A program made the translations under genes and the position numbers. The notes under the pieces are model-generated. The model did not search any database, was not told the origin of the DNA, and worked only from the letters and a program-made list of their open reading frames with translations. Of a stretch of 64,000 nt of DNA, positions 31,401-41,372 are shown one piece after another (positions within the stretch are counted from its first letter, which is position 1; each line of letters starts with the position of its first letter). Source of the DNA: an uncultured Actinomycetes bacterium (GTDB lineage: Bacteria; Actinomycetota; Thermoleophilia; RBG-16-64-13); assembly GCA_963841735.1 (NCBI GenBank), contig CAWJDT010000001.1:832001-896000 (forward strand), in the 5' to 3' direction.

Positions 31401-33743
31401 ATGTTCGAAGCCCTAGGACGGTTCTCGTACCGCTTCAGATGGGCGGTGATCGCCTTCTGGGTGGTGGTGTTCGGCGTTAGCGTAGCGGCGACGCCTCTGC
31501 TCGAGAACGTGCTCACGGGGGGATTTTCCGATCCCAAGGCGCCGGCGGAGCAGGCGGGCGCCCTTGTCCAAGAGAAGTTCGCGCAGGGTGCGACCACCCT
31601 GGTAATAGTGTTCAAGAGCGAGACGCTGGAAGCCACCGGGGAGGAGTTTCAAGCGGCCGAGAAGGCGGCGCTGGACGCGCTGGCAGCGGCACGGATCGCC
31701 TTCCTGGACAGCGTTCAGAGCTACGCCAGCACCGGGACCGAGCTGATGGTCTCCAAGGATGGGCACAGCTCGGTGGCTGTTCTCAACTTCTCTGCCCCAC
31801 TGCAGACCGTCCAGGGCGAGGTGGACCAGATCCGGCAGTCGATCGCCGGTGGGCCGCTGAAAACGTATGTGACGGGCGAGCCCGCGGTCTATGAAGACAT
31901 AACTACTCACTCGTTCAGCGACCTGCGCAAGGTGGAAATCTACGGCCTGCCGGTGGCGCTCATCGCGCTCATTCTCGTCTTCGGGAGTCTGGTGGCGGCG
32001 GCGTTGCCGGTGGTCACCGGAGGACTGGCAGTGACGGTCACACTGGGCGCTATGTATCTCATCGGACGGGCGACCAGCATGTCCATTTTTGCCATGAACG
32101 TGGCCACTCTGCTGGGGCTTGCGGTCGCCATCGACTATGCCCTGTTCATCGTGTGGCGCTTTCGGGAGGAGCTGCACCGGGGGGCCTCCGTGCGCGAGGC
32201 CGTGGTGGTCACCACGGCCCGCGCCGGGCGCTCTGTGTTTTACAGTGGGGCCGCGGTTATGGTGGGCGTGGTGGGGCTGGTGTTCTTCCCGTCGCCGGGG
32301 CTGCGTTCGCTCGGTATAGGGGGCGCGCTGGTGGTCTTCTTCTCGGTGGCGGCTTCGGTGACCTTCATGCCCGCCATCCTGGGGGTCCTTGGCCGCCGGG
32401 TGGACGCCATCCCCGTTGTTCGGCTGCACGCGGCCCACGAGAGCAGACGGTGGAAGTGGTGGGCCCGCGTGGTGCTCCGCAGGCCGTGGCTCTCCATAGC
32501 CGTCGCCCTTGTGCTCATCGCGCTGTTGGCCGCTCCGGCCCTTACGATGAAGACCCAGATGACCAACGCGTCGGCTCTCCCGGCAGGTGCAGAGGCCCGG
32601 CAGGGCTTGGATATCCTTGAGACTGAGTTCGACAAGGAAGCGCTCTCGCCCACACTGGTGCTGCTCACCTGGAATGATGGTCAGACCATAGATGTGGCCA
32701 GGGCCGCCTCCCTCTTCATGTTCGGTCAACAACTATCGTCGGTAGAAGGGGTGGCCTCGGTGCTAAGCCCCTTCACTCTCGCGGGGATGAGCGATCCTAC
32801 GGCCCTAGTGGCTCTTTGGGATCAGTTCCAGCAGTTGCTCAACAATCCCGACGACTTCGTGGTGCCCGAAGGAGGGATGACCCTCGCCTCGGGCCAGACC
32901 ATCACCGCCGAGGAACTCCAGCAGTTCAAGCAGCTCATCAAGGGCTCGGTCGCGCCCGGGGCGGTGCTGTACCGGGTGGAAGCCGACAAGGACTTGACCA
33001 ACGCACAGTCGAACGCCCTGGTTGAGGGGCTCATGGACGTCAGCCCGCAGGCCGGGTATGAGGTGCACGTGGCCGGAGAATCGGCCTTCAGCCATGATTT
33101 CCTGAAGTCGTTGGACTTCTGGCTGCCTTGGGTGGTGGCGTGGATAGTCTTCAGCAGCCTGGTCGTGTTCCTGCTGCTGCTTCGCAGCTTCGTGTTGCCG
33201 GTGCTGGCGGTGGCGGTGAACCTTCTCACCATCGCTATGAGCTACGGTTGGCTGGTCATCCTGTTCCAGACATCGGTCTTCGAGAAGGTGTTGCGCTTCA
33301 CCTCCACCGGTTCGGTGGATGCGATCAACAGGGTGCTCATGATGTGCATCCTGTTTGGCATTACCATGGACTACGCTGTGTTCATGCTCACCCGTATGCA
33401 CGAGCGCTGGCACCGCACCCGTGACGCTCGGGAGAGCGTCACCGTAGGTCTGGTGAGATCGGGGCGCATCATCGTGAGCGCGGCCCTTCTGGTGGTCATA
33501 GTCACCGGCGCGTTCGCCTTCACGAGCATCGGCACCACCAAGATGCTGGGCATCGGGATAGCGCTTTCGATCATGGTCGACACCCTACTGGTACGGCTGA
33601 TCCTGCTGCCGGCCGTGATGGTCTATCTAGGGAAGGCCAGTTGGTGGTGGCCGCGCGCAAGACGAGGACGCAAAGAGCGTGCTGGGGGCCGGGACTTGAC
33701 TCCCCAGCAGCGTCCTAGGCGGGAAGAAGCACCGAAAACGTAG
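31401..33743 (+). CDS. MMPL/RND-family transporter
   Basis: Two TM bundles with GLAVAIDYALF and FGITMDYAVF. Confidence 0.92.
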   Translation: MFEALGRFSYRFRWAVIAFWVVVFGVSVAATPLLENVLTGGFSDPKAPAEQAGALVQEKFAQGATTLVIVFKSETLEATGEEFQAAEKAALDALAAARIAFLDSVQSYASTGTELMVSKDGHSSVAVLNFSAPLQTVQGEVDQIRQSIAGGPLKTYVTGEPAVYEDITTHSFSDLRKVEIYGLPVALIALILVFGSLVAAALPVVTGGLAVTVTLGAMYLIGRATSMSIFAMNVATLLGLAVAIDYALFIVWRFREELHRGASVREAVVVTTARAGRSVFYSGAAVMVGVVGLVFFPSPGLRSLGIGGALVVFFSVAASVTFMPAILGVLGRRVDAIPVVRLHAAHESRRWKWWARVVLRRPWLSIAVALVLIALLAAPALTMKTQMTNASALPAGAEARQGLDILETEFDKEALSPTLVLLTWNDGQTIDVARAASLFMFGQQLSSVEGVASVLSPFTLAGMSDPTALVALWDQFQQLLNNPDDFVVPEGGMTLASGQTITAEELQQFKQLIKGSVAPGAVLYRVEADKDLTNAQSNALVEGLMDVSPQAGYEVHVAGESAFSHDFLKSLDFWLPWVVAWIVFSSLVVFLLLLRSFVLPVLAVAVNLLTIAMSYGWLVILFQTSVFEKVLRFTSTGSVDAINRVLMMCILFGITMDYAVFMLTRMHERWHRTRDARESVTVGLVRSGRIIVSAALLVVIVTGAFAFTSIGTTKMLGIGIALSIMVDTLLVRLILLPAVMVYLGKASWWWPRARRGRKERAGGRDLTPQQRPRREEAPKT

Positions 33744-35169
33744 AGCCCTTGCCTTCTTCGCTCAGCACTTCAAGCCGTCCTCCGGCGCGCTCGGTCAGGC
33801 GCTTGACTATGGTCAGTCCCAGGCCGCTTCCCTCGAGCCCGCGGGTCTCGGGACGTCTTTCGCGGAAGAACTCGCCGAGCACCAGGTCGAGGTTCTCGTT
33901 GGCGATGCCTATGCCCGTGTCTGTCACCTCGATGCGCACCCATTCACCGTCGTGCCTGCCCCGCACGGTAACGCTTCCGCCGTCCCGGTTGTACTTGACG
34001 GCGTTGCCCACCAGGTTTGTCAGGATCACGGTCAGGTCGTCCGCGGGCACCAAGACGGGGGGCAGACCGGGCTCGATCTCCACCCGGCCACTGATGCCCC
34101 GGGCGGCCAGCCGTTCGGCTTCCAGCCCGAGGACGCTGTCGGCGACGGGCCCTACGTCCAGCAGCTCGGGCTGGGCTTGGGGCCGGGCCTGTTCGCTACG
34201 CGAAAGCGAGAGTAGATCGCCGATGAGCTGGACCATATTGTCGATGCGTTCTTCGGCTCGGCGCAGCATGGGCAGATAGCTCTCGAGGTCGTCTCCCAGG
34301 CTCTTGTCGGTGGCCACCTCGACGATTGCGCGGACGGCTCCCAGCGGGGACTTGAGCTCATGCACCATAGTGCGGATGAAGCGGGCCTTCTCCATAGCTA
34401 CGCGCCGCACCTCCGAGATATCCGAAAGCGTGAGGATGCGGCCCAGCGCGGTGCCGTCCTCGGCTCTGAACGTGACGATGCTGGTCATGAAGGCCCGCTC
34501 TCCCATGCTGAGCTGGCCGACGGTGCGGTCTTTGAGGGGGGCGACCAGGGGCTCGCAGAGCGGGGCGAGCGGGCCGTCCTGCAGCAGCTCCGCAGCCGGG
34601 CGGCGCAGGATTTCCTCTTGGGATGCGTCCAGGAGGGCACTCATGGCCCGGTTGGCGAGCATCACATCGCCATCCCGGTTGATCACCAACACGGCGTCGC
34701 GGAGTGACGAAACCAGGGAGTGGGTCTGGGTCTTCTCCTCCGCCAGCGCCAGCAGGCTCGCTTCGTGCTCTTTGCGCAGCTGCTCCGCTTCGGTGCGCGC
34801 CCGTTTGTGCCTGACCAAGGTCTCAACCACTCCCAGAAGGTCGTCGGGCAAGAATGGCTTGGGCAGGAAGAAGTCGACCCCTTGGCGGGTGGCCGCGATG
34901 GCCGTGTCGATGTTCGCGTACGCGGTGATCATGCAGGTCATCAACTGCAGTCCTTCGCGCTTGATGGTCTGCAAGATGGTGAGGCCATCGGTGTCGGGCA
35001 GCCGGTAGTCGAGCAGGCCCACGTCGAACGAGACGGTGCGCAGAAGGGCGAGAGCCTCCTCGCCGGTGGCCGCCTCCTCTACGTCGTAGCCTTCGAGCTC
35101 CAGGATCTGGCGGATGCCGGACCGCACCCCATACTCGTCGTCGACCACTAGGACGCGCGCGGGGGTCAT
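33715..35169 (-). CDS. Cytoplasmic hybrid kinase REC-PAS-HisKA-HATPase
   Basis: VLVVDDE, LLDYRLP, VHELKSPL, NLVGNAVKYN, GSGLGL. Confidence 0.9.
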   Translation of the reverse strand: MTPARVLVVDDEYGVRSGIRQILELEGYDVEEAATGEEALALLRTVSFDVGLLDYRLPDTDGLTILQTIKREGLQLMTCMITAYANIDTAIAATRQGVDFFLPKPFLPDDLLGVVETLVRHKRARTEAEQLRKEHEASLLALAEEKTQTHSLVSSLRDAVLVINRDGDVMLANRAMSALLDASQEEILRRPAAELLQDGPLAPLCEPLVAPLKDRTVGQLSMGERAFMTSIVTFRAEDGTALGRILTLSDISEVRRVAMEKARFIRTMVHELKSPLGAVRAIVEVATDKSLGDDLESYLPMLRRAEERIDNMVQLIGDLLSLSRSEQARPQAQPELLDVGPVADSVLGLEAERLAARGISGRVEIEPGLPPVLVPADDLTVILTNLVGNAVKYNRDGGSVTVRGRHDGEWVRIEVTDTGIGIANENLDLVLGEFFRERRPETRGLEGSGLGLTIVKRLTERAGGRLEVLSEEGKGSTFSVLLPA

Positions 35170-35594
35170 GACTGGTCTGTTCCCGTATGGGAGCCGGCCT
35201 TGTCGCCCAGGAACTCTTCGGCGATGCCCAGCAACTGTTTGCCTGTGGCGGGTTTGTCGACGAAGCGGTCAAGTCGGGACCAGGCGAGGAGGCCCTCGCC
35301 CTCTTGGTCAAAGCGCTCACCTGTCTCCCTGGCCACGCCACTCAGCATGACAATGGGCACCTGGGCCAGACGCTCACGCTTGCGGATCTCGTAGGCCACG
35401 CGGAAGCCGCTGTCGTAGCGCTCCATCATAAGGTCGAGAAAGATGATGTCGGGAGTGTCGGTCTCCAGAAAGTCCAAGGCCTCTTGGCCGCTCTCCGCAG
35501 TGTTGACCTTGTGGCCGCGACTTCCGAAGTAGGCGGCCTGGGCATCGAGGAAGTCCCGGTCGTCATCTACGAACAGGATGTTCCAGGAACTCAT
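35166..35594 (-). CDS. Single-domain response regulator
   Basis: ILFVDDD, FLDLMM, MLSG, DKP. Confidence 0.9.
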   Translation of the reverse strand: MSSWNILFVDDDRDFLDAQAAYFGSRGHKVNTAESGQEALDFLETDTPDIIFLDLMMERYDSGFRVAYEIRKRERLAQVPIVMLSGVARETGERFDQEGEGLLAWSRLDRFVDKPATGKQLLGIAEEFLGDKAGSHTGTDQS

Positions 35595-37603
35595 CTAGGG
35601 CTCCTTTCGCCGCTTGCGCGGGTCATGGGGATCTCAACATGGAAGGTTGTGCCGGCACCAGGCTCCGAGTCGAACCAGATGTTGCCGTTGTGCATCTTGA
35701 CGATGCCGTACGAGATAGGCAGGCCGAGGCCTGTGCCCTTGCCGATGCTCTTGGTGGTGAAGAAGGGTTGGAACACCTTGTCTTTTGCGCCCGCGCCGAT
35801 GCCGGAGCCCTGGTCGGCCACGCTGAAGCGAACGCGGTCGCCGCCGGGCAATATGTGCGCGCTCACCCGCACCTCGCCAGAGCGGCCCTCCATGGCTTCC
35901 ACGCCGTTCTTGATGAGGTTGACGAGCACCTGGGTCATCTGGTCGCGGTCGAGATCGGCGCGCAGACCGGGAGTCACATCCACCACGATCCGCATGTCTC
36001 GATCGGGACCGGGCGGAAGGTTACAGGCGGCGCCATCGGCGGCTGAAGAAACGAGCTCCTCCACCGACACCGTTTCTATGCGCACCCGGCTCTGGCGGGC
36101 GAAGTCGAGCAGGTTGCCAATGATCTTCTTGCAGCGTTCGGACTCCTCGGCCATGAGCTTGAGGTCGTGGTCAAGATCTTCTCTCCCTTGGAGCTTGCGC
36201 TGGATGATGTGGGAGTAGAGCAGGATGGTGCTCAAGGGGTTGTTGAGTTCATGGGCTACGCCCGCGGCCATCTGGCCCATAGAGGCCAGCTTCTCACTGT
36301 TGATGAGATGGCGGTGCACGTCGCGCAGGTTGTTCCAAGGCACGTGCAACTCGCTGCAGACCCGCTCCGACTGGTCGATGATGAACGGCAGGCACATAGC
36401 CTCTTCGGCCATGCCTTCGTACACCGCCTTGGCTTTGGCCCGGCAGGTGGGGTAGCCGCAGGCGCTGCAGTTGAGCTCGTCCTCGGGGAAGAACTTGTTG
36501 GTGTGGGCCAGGATCTCGCGGATCTCTTCCTCGGTGGGGCCCTCGGACCTCTGGTCGTTGGGCTCGAAGCGCCGCGTGAGGCACACCGGCGCCGCGCCCG
36601 GCTCATAGGCGGGGAGGGTACCTTCGTCTTGGCGGCGCAGACTGCCCGCGGCGAATTCCGCCACCCGGCGCCGCCGTGTCATTCCGGGCTCGTTGCTGTC
36701 CACCCCGGGGCCCGCGTAGCAGCCTCTGCACATCAGGGCCTCTACGAGCAAGGTGCCCTCGATGTCACTCTCTGAGAGGCCGTCAAGGGTTTCCACGGTC
36801 TCGTCCTTGCCGCTGACAACGATGAGCCGAGGGTCAAGGATGCCGTCACCGATGCCGGCGCTCTCCAACATGCCCCCAGGAACGGGGTAGATGCGGGCCT
36901 TGCCGGCGTGGGGCGGATCGAAATCGCTCGGAGGGGCTAGGGCGGGATCAACGCCTCTCGCCGACAGTACGCGCTCCATCTCGACCAAGGTAAGGACTTC
37001 GTCGACCACCCCTACGATCTCGGAGTCGAGTATCTCTGCTTTCTTTGCGACGCAGGGTCCGATGAAGACGCAGCGGACGTGCTGCCCGTAGCGCCGTTTG
37101 ACCTCGAGGGCCGTGGCGACCATGGGCGAGACGATGGGCATGATGCGGTCGGTCAGTTCGGGGTGATACTTGCGGACGTACTCTACGACCGCGGGGCAGG
37201 CGCTGGCTATGTGGATGCCGGTGGGGTTTGCCTTCAGGAAGTCGTGGCAGGCTTGGTTGACCTGGTCGGCTCCGTGGGCCACTTCGATGACGTAGGTGAA
37301 CCCCGCCTTGCGCAGGGCACCGATGATCTGGGCGGGGGGCAGTGAAAAGCCGGCTGGAAACGACGGGGCGAGCAGCGCGGCCGCGGTGCCGCGATGCAGG
37401 AGGTTGAAGGTGCCCTCAAGGCCGCTCTTGTAGGCCTTGGCGTCCTGCGAACACACCATGGTGCAGTTGCCGCAGCTTATGCACCGGTCGGCCACCACCG
37501 ACGCCTGACCGTCTTCGATGCGGATGGCTTTGGCCGGACAGTCGCGCACGCAGGTGTAGCACCGGCGGCAGTTCTGCTTGATGGTGTTGATTATGCCTTC
37601 CAT
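35591..37603 (-). CDS. Putative sensory [FeFe]-hydrogenase fused to histidine kinase (group C1-like)
   Basis: 2x[4Fe-4S] N-terminus; ASACP, GPCVAKKAE, EALMCRGCYAG; FeS domain LNCSACGYPTC..MCLP; AHELNNPL; GTGLGL; start at ATG 37603. Confidence 0.88.
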   Translation of the reverse strand: MEGIINTIKQNCRRCYTCVRDCPAKAIRIEDGQASVVADRCISCGNCTMVCSQDAKAYKSGLEGTFNLLHRGTAAALLAPSFPAGFSLPPAQIIGALRKAGFTYVIEVAHGADQVNQACHDFLKANPTGIHIASACPAVVEYVRKYHPELTDRIMPIVSPMVATALEVKRRYGQHVRCVFIGPCVAKKAEILDSEIVGVVDEVLTLVEMERVLSARGVDPALAPPSDFDPPHAGKARIYPVPGGMLESAGIGDGILDPRLIVVSGKDETVETLDGLSESDIEGTLLVEALMCRGCYAGPGVDSNEPGMTRRRRVAEFAAGSLRRQDEGTLPAYEPGAAPVCLTRRFEPNDQRSEGPTEEEIREILAHTNKFFPEDELNCSACGYPTCRAKAKAVYEGMAEEAMCLPFIIDQSERVCSELHVPWNNLRDVHRHLINSEKLASMGQMAAGVAHELNNPLSTILLYSHIIQRKLQGREDLDHDLKLMAEESERCKKIIGNLLDFARQSRVRIETVSVEELVSSAADGAACNLPPGPDRDMRIVVDVTPGLRADLDRDQMTQVLVNLIKNGVEAMEGRSGEVRVSAHILPGGDRVRFSVADQGSGIGAGAKDKVFQPFFTTKSIGKGTGLGLPISYGIVKMHNGNIWFDSEPGAGTTFHVEIPMTRASGERSPR

Positions 37604-37613
37604 CGCTCCCCGG

Positions 37614-39362
37614 TCAGTGGGCTGAGCCCGCGCAGGCCTTGCCGCGGGTGACAATATCGTCACCCGCAAGCGCCGCGGGGCTGCGGTCGGTGTAAGTGCG
37701 GTGCAACAGCCGGTGCGACACTTCGCTGAGCGGCCTGCCGAGGAGCTCTTCGTAGAGGGTGGCGACGTTCTTGTTCTCGTGCGAGACTCGGACCGCGGCC
37801 TCGGCGTCGGCAGCGTGAAGACGGTCGATGCGCTTGCGCACGTCCTTCATCTCGCCCTGGTACGGCTGACCGCCACCTCCCGCGCAACCGCCTGGGCACG
37901 ACATGACCTCGACGAAATGCATGCCCGCAAGGGCCTCCTCCAGTCCCGGCCGCAGTCGGCCGAGCCCGTTGATGACCCCGAGCTTGAGGGTGGTGTCGCC
38001 CACGTCCAGGGTGAAGCTCTTGACTCCGTCTAGTCCGCGGGCCTCGGTCAGAGGTCCGGCCGGGACTTCCGCCCCCACCAGCGTGGCCGCCGTGCGCACG
38101 GCGGCCTCCATCACGCCGCCGGTGCCTCCGAACAGCCGCGCCGCGCCGGTGGCTTCCACAAACGGAGCATCCAGCGGGGCGCGTTCTCCGAAGGCGTCGA
38201 AGTCGATGCCAAAGCGTTGCCACAGGGCGCTCAGTTCCCTGGTGGTGAGTACGTAGTCGACGTCACCCAGGTCCTGCGCCTCATACTTCTTGGCGGTGCA
38301 GGGCATCAGCGAGACCAGCACCAGGAGTTTGTCGCCCAGGGCGGCGAACTTGGGGTAGATCTCCTTGATGAGGGCTCCGGCCATCTGCTGGGGCGACTTG
38401 CAGGTGGACATGTTGGGGATGAGGTCGGGCCTGTGCAATTCGACGTAGTTGACCCAAGCCGGGGAGCAACTGGTGAACATAGGAAGCGGCCCGCCACCTT
38501 GGAGACGCTTCACCAGCTCCGTGGCCTCCTCCATGATGGTGAGGTCGGCGGCGAAGCCCGTGTCGAACACCGCGGCCACGCCGATGCGCTTAAGGGCGGC
38601 AGCCAGGTGTTCCAGCATGGCCGGCACCGTGGGGGGTTTGTTGCGGGCGACCGCTAGGGTGGCCGGCACCGCGGGGGCGATCTGCACGACTACCACCGTG
38701 TCGGGATCGCCGAGCGCGGCCACCACGGCGTCGACGTGGCTGCGCTCCATGAGGGCCCCGGTCGGGCAGACCCGCACGCATTGGCCACAGTATGTGCAGC
38801 CCGACATGTTGATCCCGGCAGAGAAACCGGGACCCACTTGGGTGCGGAAGCCCCGGTCGATGAAGTCTATAGCCCCTATGCCCTGGATCTGATTGCACAT
38901 GGTGACGCAGCGCCCGCAAAGCACGCATTTATTGGGATCGCGCCAAATGGCCGGCGACGAGATATCCAAGAGTTGATCCTTCTTCATGCCCACATACTGC
39001 CTCGGCCGGGCGCCAAGCTCCTGGGCCAGCTCGGCCAGTTCACACGTTCCCGAGCGGTGGCAGACCAGGCAGTCCTGGGGATGGTTGGCCACCATCAGTT
39101 CGACGATGGCCCGGCGGGCCTTGAGTATCCGAGGGGTGTGGGTGTGCACCACCAAGCCGTCGGTGGCCGGGAGGGTACAACTGGTCTGGAGCTTGGGAGA
39201 CCCCTCGACTTCCACCACGCAGAGGCGGCACGAGGCCGAGGGCGAAGGTGCCCAATCCAAGGAACAAAGGTGGGGGATGTCGATGCCGGCCTTGCGGGCC
39301 ACCTGAAGCACGGTGTCACCCGGGTTGAACTCCAGCGCTATACCGTTGATGCTGATACTCAC
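37614..39362 (-). CDS. hydA: [FeFe]-hydrogenase catalytic subunit (group A3)
   Basis: [2Fe-2S], His-ligated HPQDCLVC cluster, 2x[4Fe-4S]; H-cluster motifs TSCSPAW, MPCTAKKYE, EVMSCPGGCAGGGGQP. Confidence 0.93.
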   Translation of the reverse strand: MSISINGIALEFNPGDTVLQVARKAGIDIPHLCSLDWAPSPSASCRLCVVEVEGSPKLQTSCTLPATDGLVVHTHTPRILKARRAIVELMVANHPQDCLVCHRSGTCELAELAQELGARPRQYVGMKKDQLLDISSPAIWRDPNKCVLCGRCVTMCNQIQGIGAIDFIDRGFRTQVGPGFSAGINMSGCTYCGQCVRVCPTGALMERSHVDAVVAALGDPDTVVVVQIAPAVPATLAVARNKPPTVPAMLEHLAAALKRIGVAAVFDTGFAADLTIMEEATELVKRLQGGGPLPMFTSCSPAWVNYVELHRPDLIPNMSTCKSPQQMAGALIKEIYPKFAALGDKLLVLVSLMPCTAKKYEAQDLGDVDYVLTTRELSALWQRFGIDFDAFGERAPLDAPFVEATGAARLFGGTGGVMEAAVRTAATLVGAEVPAGPLTEARGLDGVKSFTLDVGDTTLKLGVINGLGRLRPGLEEALAGMHFVEVMSCPGGCAGGGGQPYQGEMKDVRKRIDRLHAADAEAAVRVSHENKNVATLYEELLGRPLSEVSHRLLHRTYTDRSPAALAGDDIVTRGKACAGSAH

Positions 39363-39380
39363 AGTGACCTCTTTTTCCGC

Positions 39381-41372
39381 TCAGGCGACGAGGGATATCG
39401 ACTTTTTGGGGCAAGCGTCTATGCAGGCGCCGCAGCCCAGACAACGATCGACGATTATGTAATGGGCACTCTTGCGCTCGCCCACGATCGCACCCGACGG
39501 GCACTGCTTCTTGCAGACCTGGCAGCCGGTGCAGGTGGCGTTGTCTACCAGGTAGGTGCGCAGTCCCTGACACACGCCCGCCGGGCAGCGGTCTTCCATG
39601 ATGTGCGCCTCGTACTCGTCGCGGAAGAACCGGAGTGTGGAGAGCACCGGGTTGGCTGCCGACTGACCGAGCCCACACAGGGAGGTGTCCTTGATGGTCT
39701 GGGCCAGCTCTTCCAGATGGAGCAGGCCGCGGAAGCGCTCGAGCCGGCCGATTTCGTTGCCCACCGATCGTTCCGTAAGGGCCGTGAGGATCTCGAACAT
39801 GCGGGTGGTGCCCTCCCTGCAGGGGGTGCACTTGCCGCAAGACTCGTTGCGGATGAACTCCATGAAGTACTTGGCCACGTCGACCATGCAGCTGCGCTCG
39901 TCCATGACCACCATGCCGCCCGAACCCATCATGGCGCCCAGCTCCTGCAACTTGCCGTAGTCGGTGGGCACGTCCAGATACGCCTCGGGGATGCAGCCGC
40001 CGCTGGGCCCGCCCAGCTGCACCGCCTTGATCTGATGCCCTTCTGGAGCGCCGCCACCGATGACGCAGACCACCTCGCGCAGCGGGATGCCCACGGGTAC
40101 TTCGACCAGACCGGTGTTGCGCACCCGCCCGCTGAGGGCGAAGATCTTGGTGCCGGCCGCGTCGCCGATGCCTATGTTCTGGAACCACTCCGGCCCATTG
40201 CGGAGGATGCCGGGAATGTTGGCGAGAGTCTCCACATTGTTGAGAACGGTGGGCATGCCGTGCAGTCCGGCGACCGCCGGGTACGGCGGTCGCGGCCGGG
40301 GCATACCCCGTCCCCCTTCGATGCTGGCCAGGATGGCCGTCTCTTCTCCGCAGACAAAGGCGCCCGCGCCCTGCTTGATGACGATGTCGAGATCGGTGAG
40401 GCTGTCCAGGATGTTGTTGCCCAGCAGCCCGGTCGCACGGCACTGGGCGATGGCGCCCTGCAGGCGCTGGATGGCCAGGGGGTACTCGGCTCGACAGTAG
40501 ATGTAGGCCTTGTCCGCCCCGATGGCGTAAGCGGCGATGAGTATGCCCTCGATCACTCGGAAGGGGTCGCCCTCCAGCACCGCGCGGTCCATAAAGGCGC
40601 CCGGGTCGCCCTCGTCGGCGTTGCATATGAGGTACTTCTGGGCGGCGGGGGTGTCGAGAGCGATCTTCCACTTCTGTCCTGTAGGGAAGCCGGCTCCACC
40701 TCGTCCGCGGAGCCCCGATTTGGCGACCAGGTTGCACACCTCGGCGCGGGTCATGGTGGTAAGTGCCCGGGCCGCGGCGGCGAAGCCGCCGGCGGCCAGG
40801 GCGGAGTCAAGGGAGGAGGGGTCAATGAGGCCGCAGTTGTCGAGCACCACTCGGGTCTGGCGGCTGAAAAAGGGCGTATCGGCCACCAGAGGCACATCTT
40901 CGAGGCCGGGGACGTCACCGTAGCGGCCGTAGAGGAAGCGGTTGCGCCGCTCGCCCTTGTCGAAGACCGACTCGAGGAACTCCTCGATGTTGTCGGGGGA
41001 GAGGTCGCAGTAGGACAGCCGGGGACCGTCGCCTTGCTGCAGGTCGACAAAGACCTCTCTTTGGCAGTAGCCACCACAGCCTACTTCCACGATGGTGACC
41101 GGCAAGGAGTGTGCTTCGAGGTACGACTTGGCCTTGGCGATGAGGTGCAGCGCCCCGTTCGCGCAGCCGCAGGTGCCCGCGCCTACGAACAGCACGGTGC
41201 CCTCGCCGCCGCGCCGGACCTGCGCCAGCCGGGCCGCGCGCCGGTCGCGGCAGGCGTCGTCGGTGTGGCATGCCGGGCCGGCCGTTAGACACGCCAACAG
41301 GTCGGCACAGGGATGTTCGGGAGAGTGAGTGCATCGGGTGCAGCAGGGTGAGACCAGAGTGCTCGCGCTCAT
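39381..41372 (-). CDS. hydB: NuoF-like NAD/FMN-binding subunit HydB
   Basis: GLRGRGGAGFPTG, NADEGDPGAFMDR, GEET, CGKCTPCREG, C-terminal 2x[4Fe-4S]; start at ATG 41372. Confidence 0.93.
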   Translation of the reverse strand: MSASTLVSPCCTRCTHSPEHPCADLLACLTAGPACHTDDACRDRRAARLAQVRRGGEGTVLFVGAGTCGCANGALHLIAKAKSYLEAHSLPVTIVEVGCGGYCQREVFVDLQQGDGPRLSYCDLSPDNIEEFLESVFDKGERRNRFLYGRYGDVPGLEDVPLVADTPFFSRQTRVVLDNCGLIDPSSLDSALAAGGFAAAARALTTMTRAEVCNLVAKSGLRGRGGAGFPTGQKWKIALDTPAAQKYLICNADEGDPGAFMDRAVLEGDPFRVIEGILIAAYAIGADKAYIYCRAEYPLAIQRLQGAIAQCRATGLLGNNILDSLTDLDIVIKQGAGAFVCGEETAILASIEGGRGMPRPRPPYPAVAGLHGMPTVLNNVETLANIPGILRNGPEWFQNIGIGDAAGTKIFALSGRVRNTGLVEVPVGIPLREVVCVIGGGAPEGHQIKAVQLGGPSGGCIPEAYLDVPTDYGKLQELGAMMGSGGMVVMDERSCMVDVAKYFMEFIRNESCGKCTPCREGTTRMFEILTALTERSVGNEIGRLERFRGLLHLEELAQTIKDTSLCGLGQSAANPVLSTLRFFRDEYEAHIMEDRCPAGVCQGLRTYLVDNATCTGCQVCKKQCPSGAIVGERKSAHYIIVDRCLGCGACIDACPKKSISLVA

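Noticed and set aside
38736-41288. 850-aa plus-strand ORF
   Set aside because: Antisense shadow of hydA/hydB, expected from high-GC codon bias; no recognisable motifs
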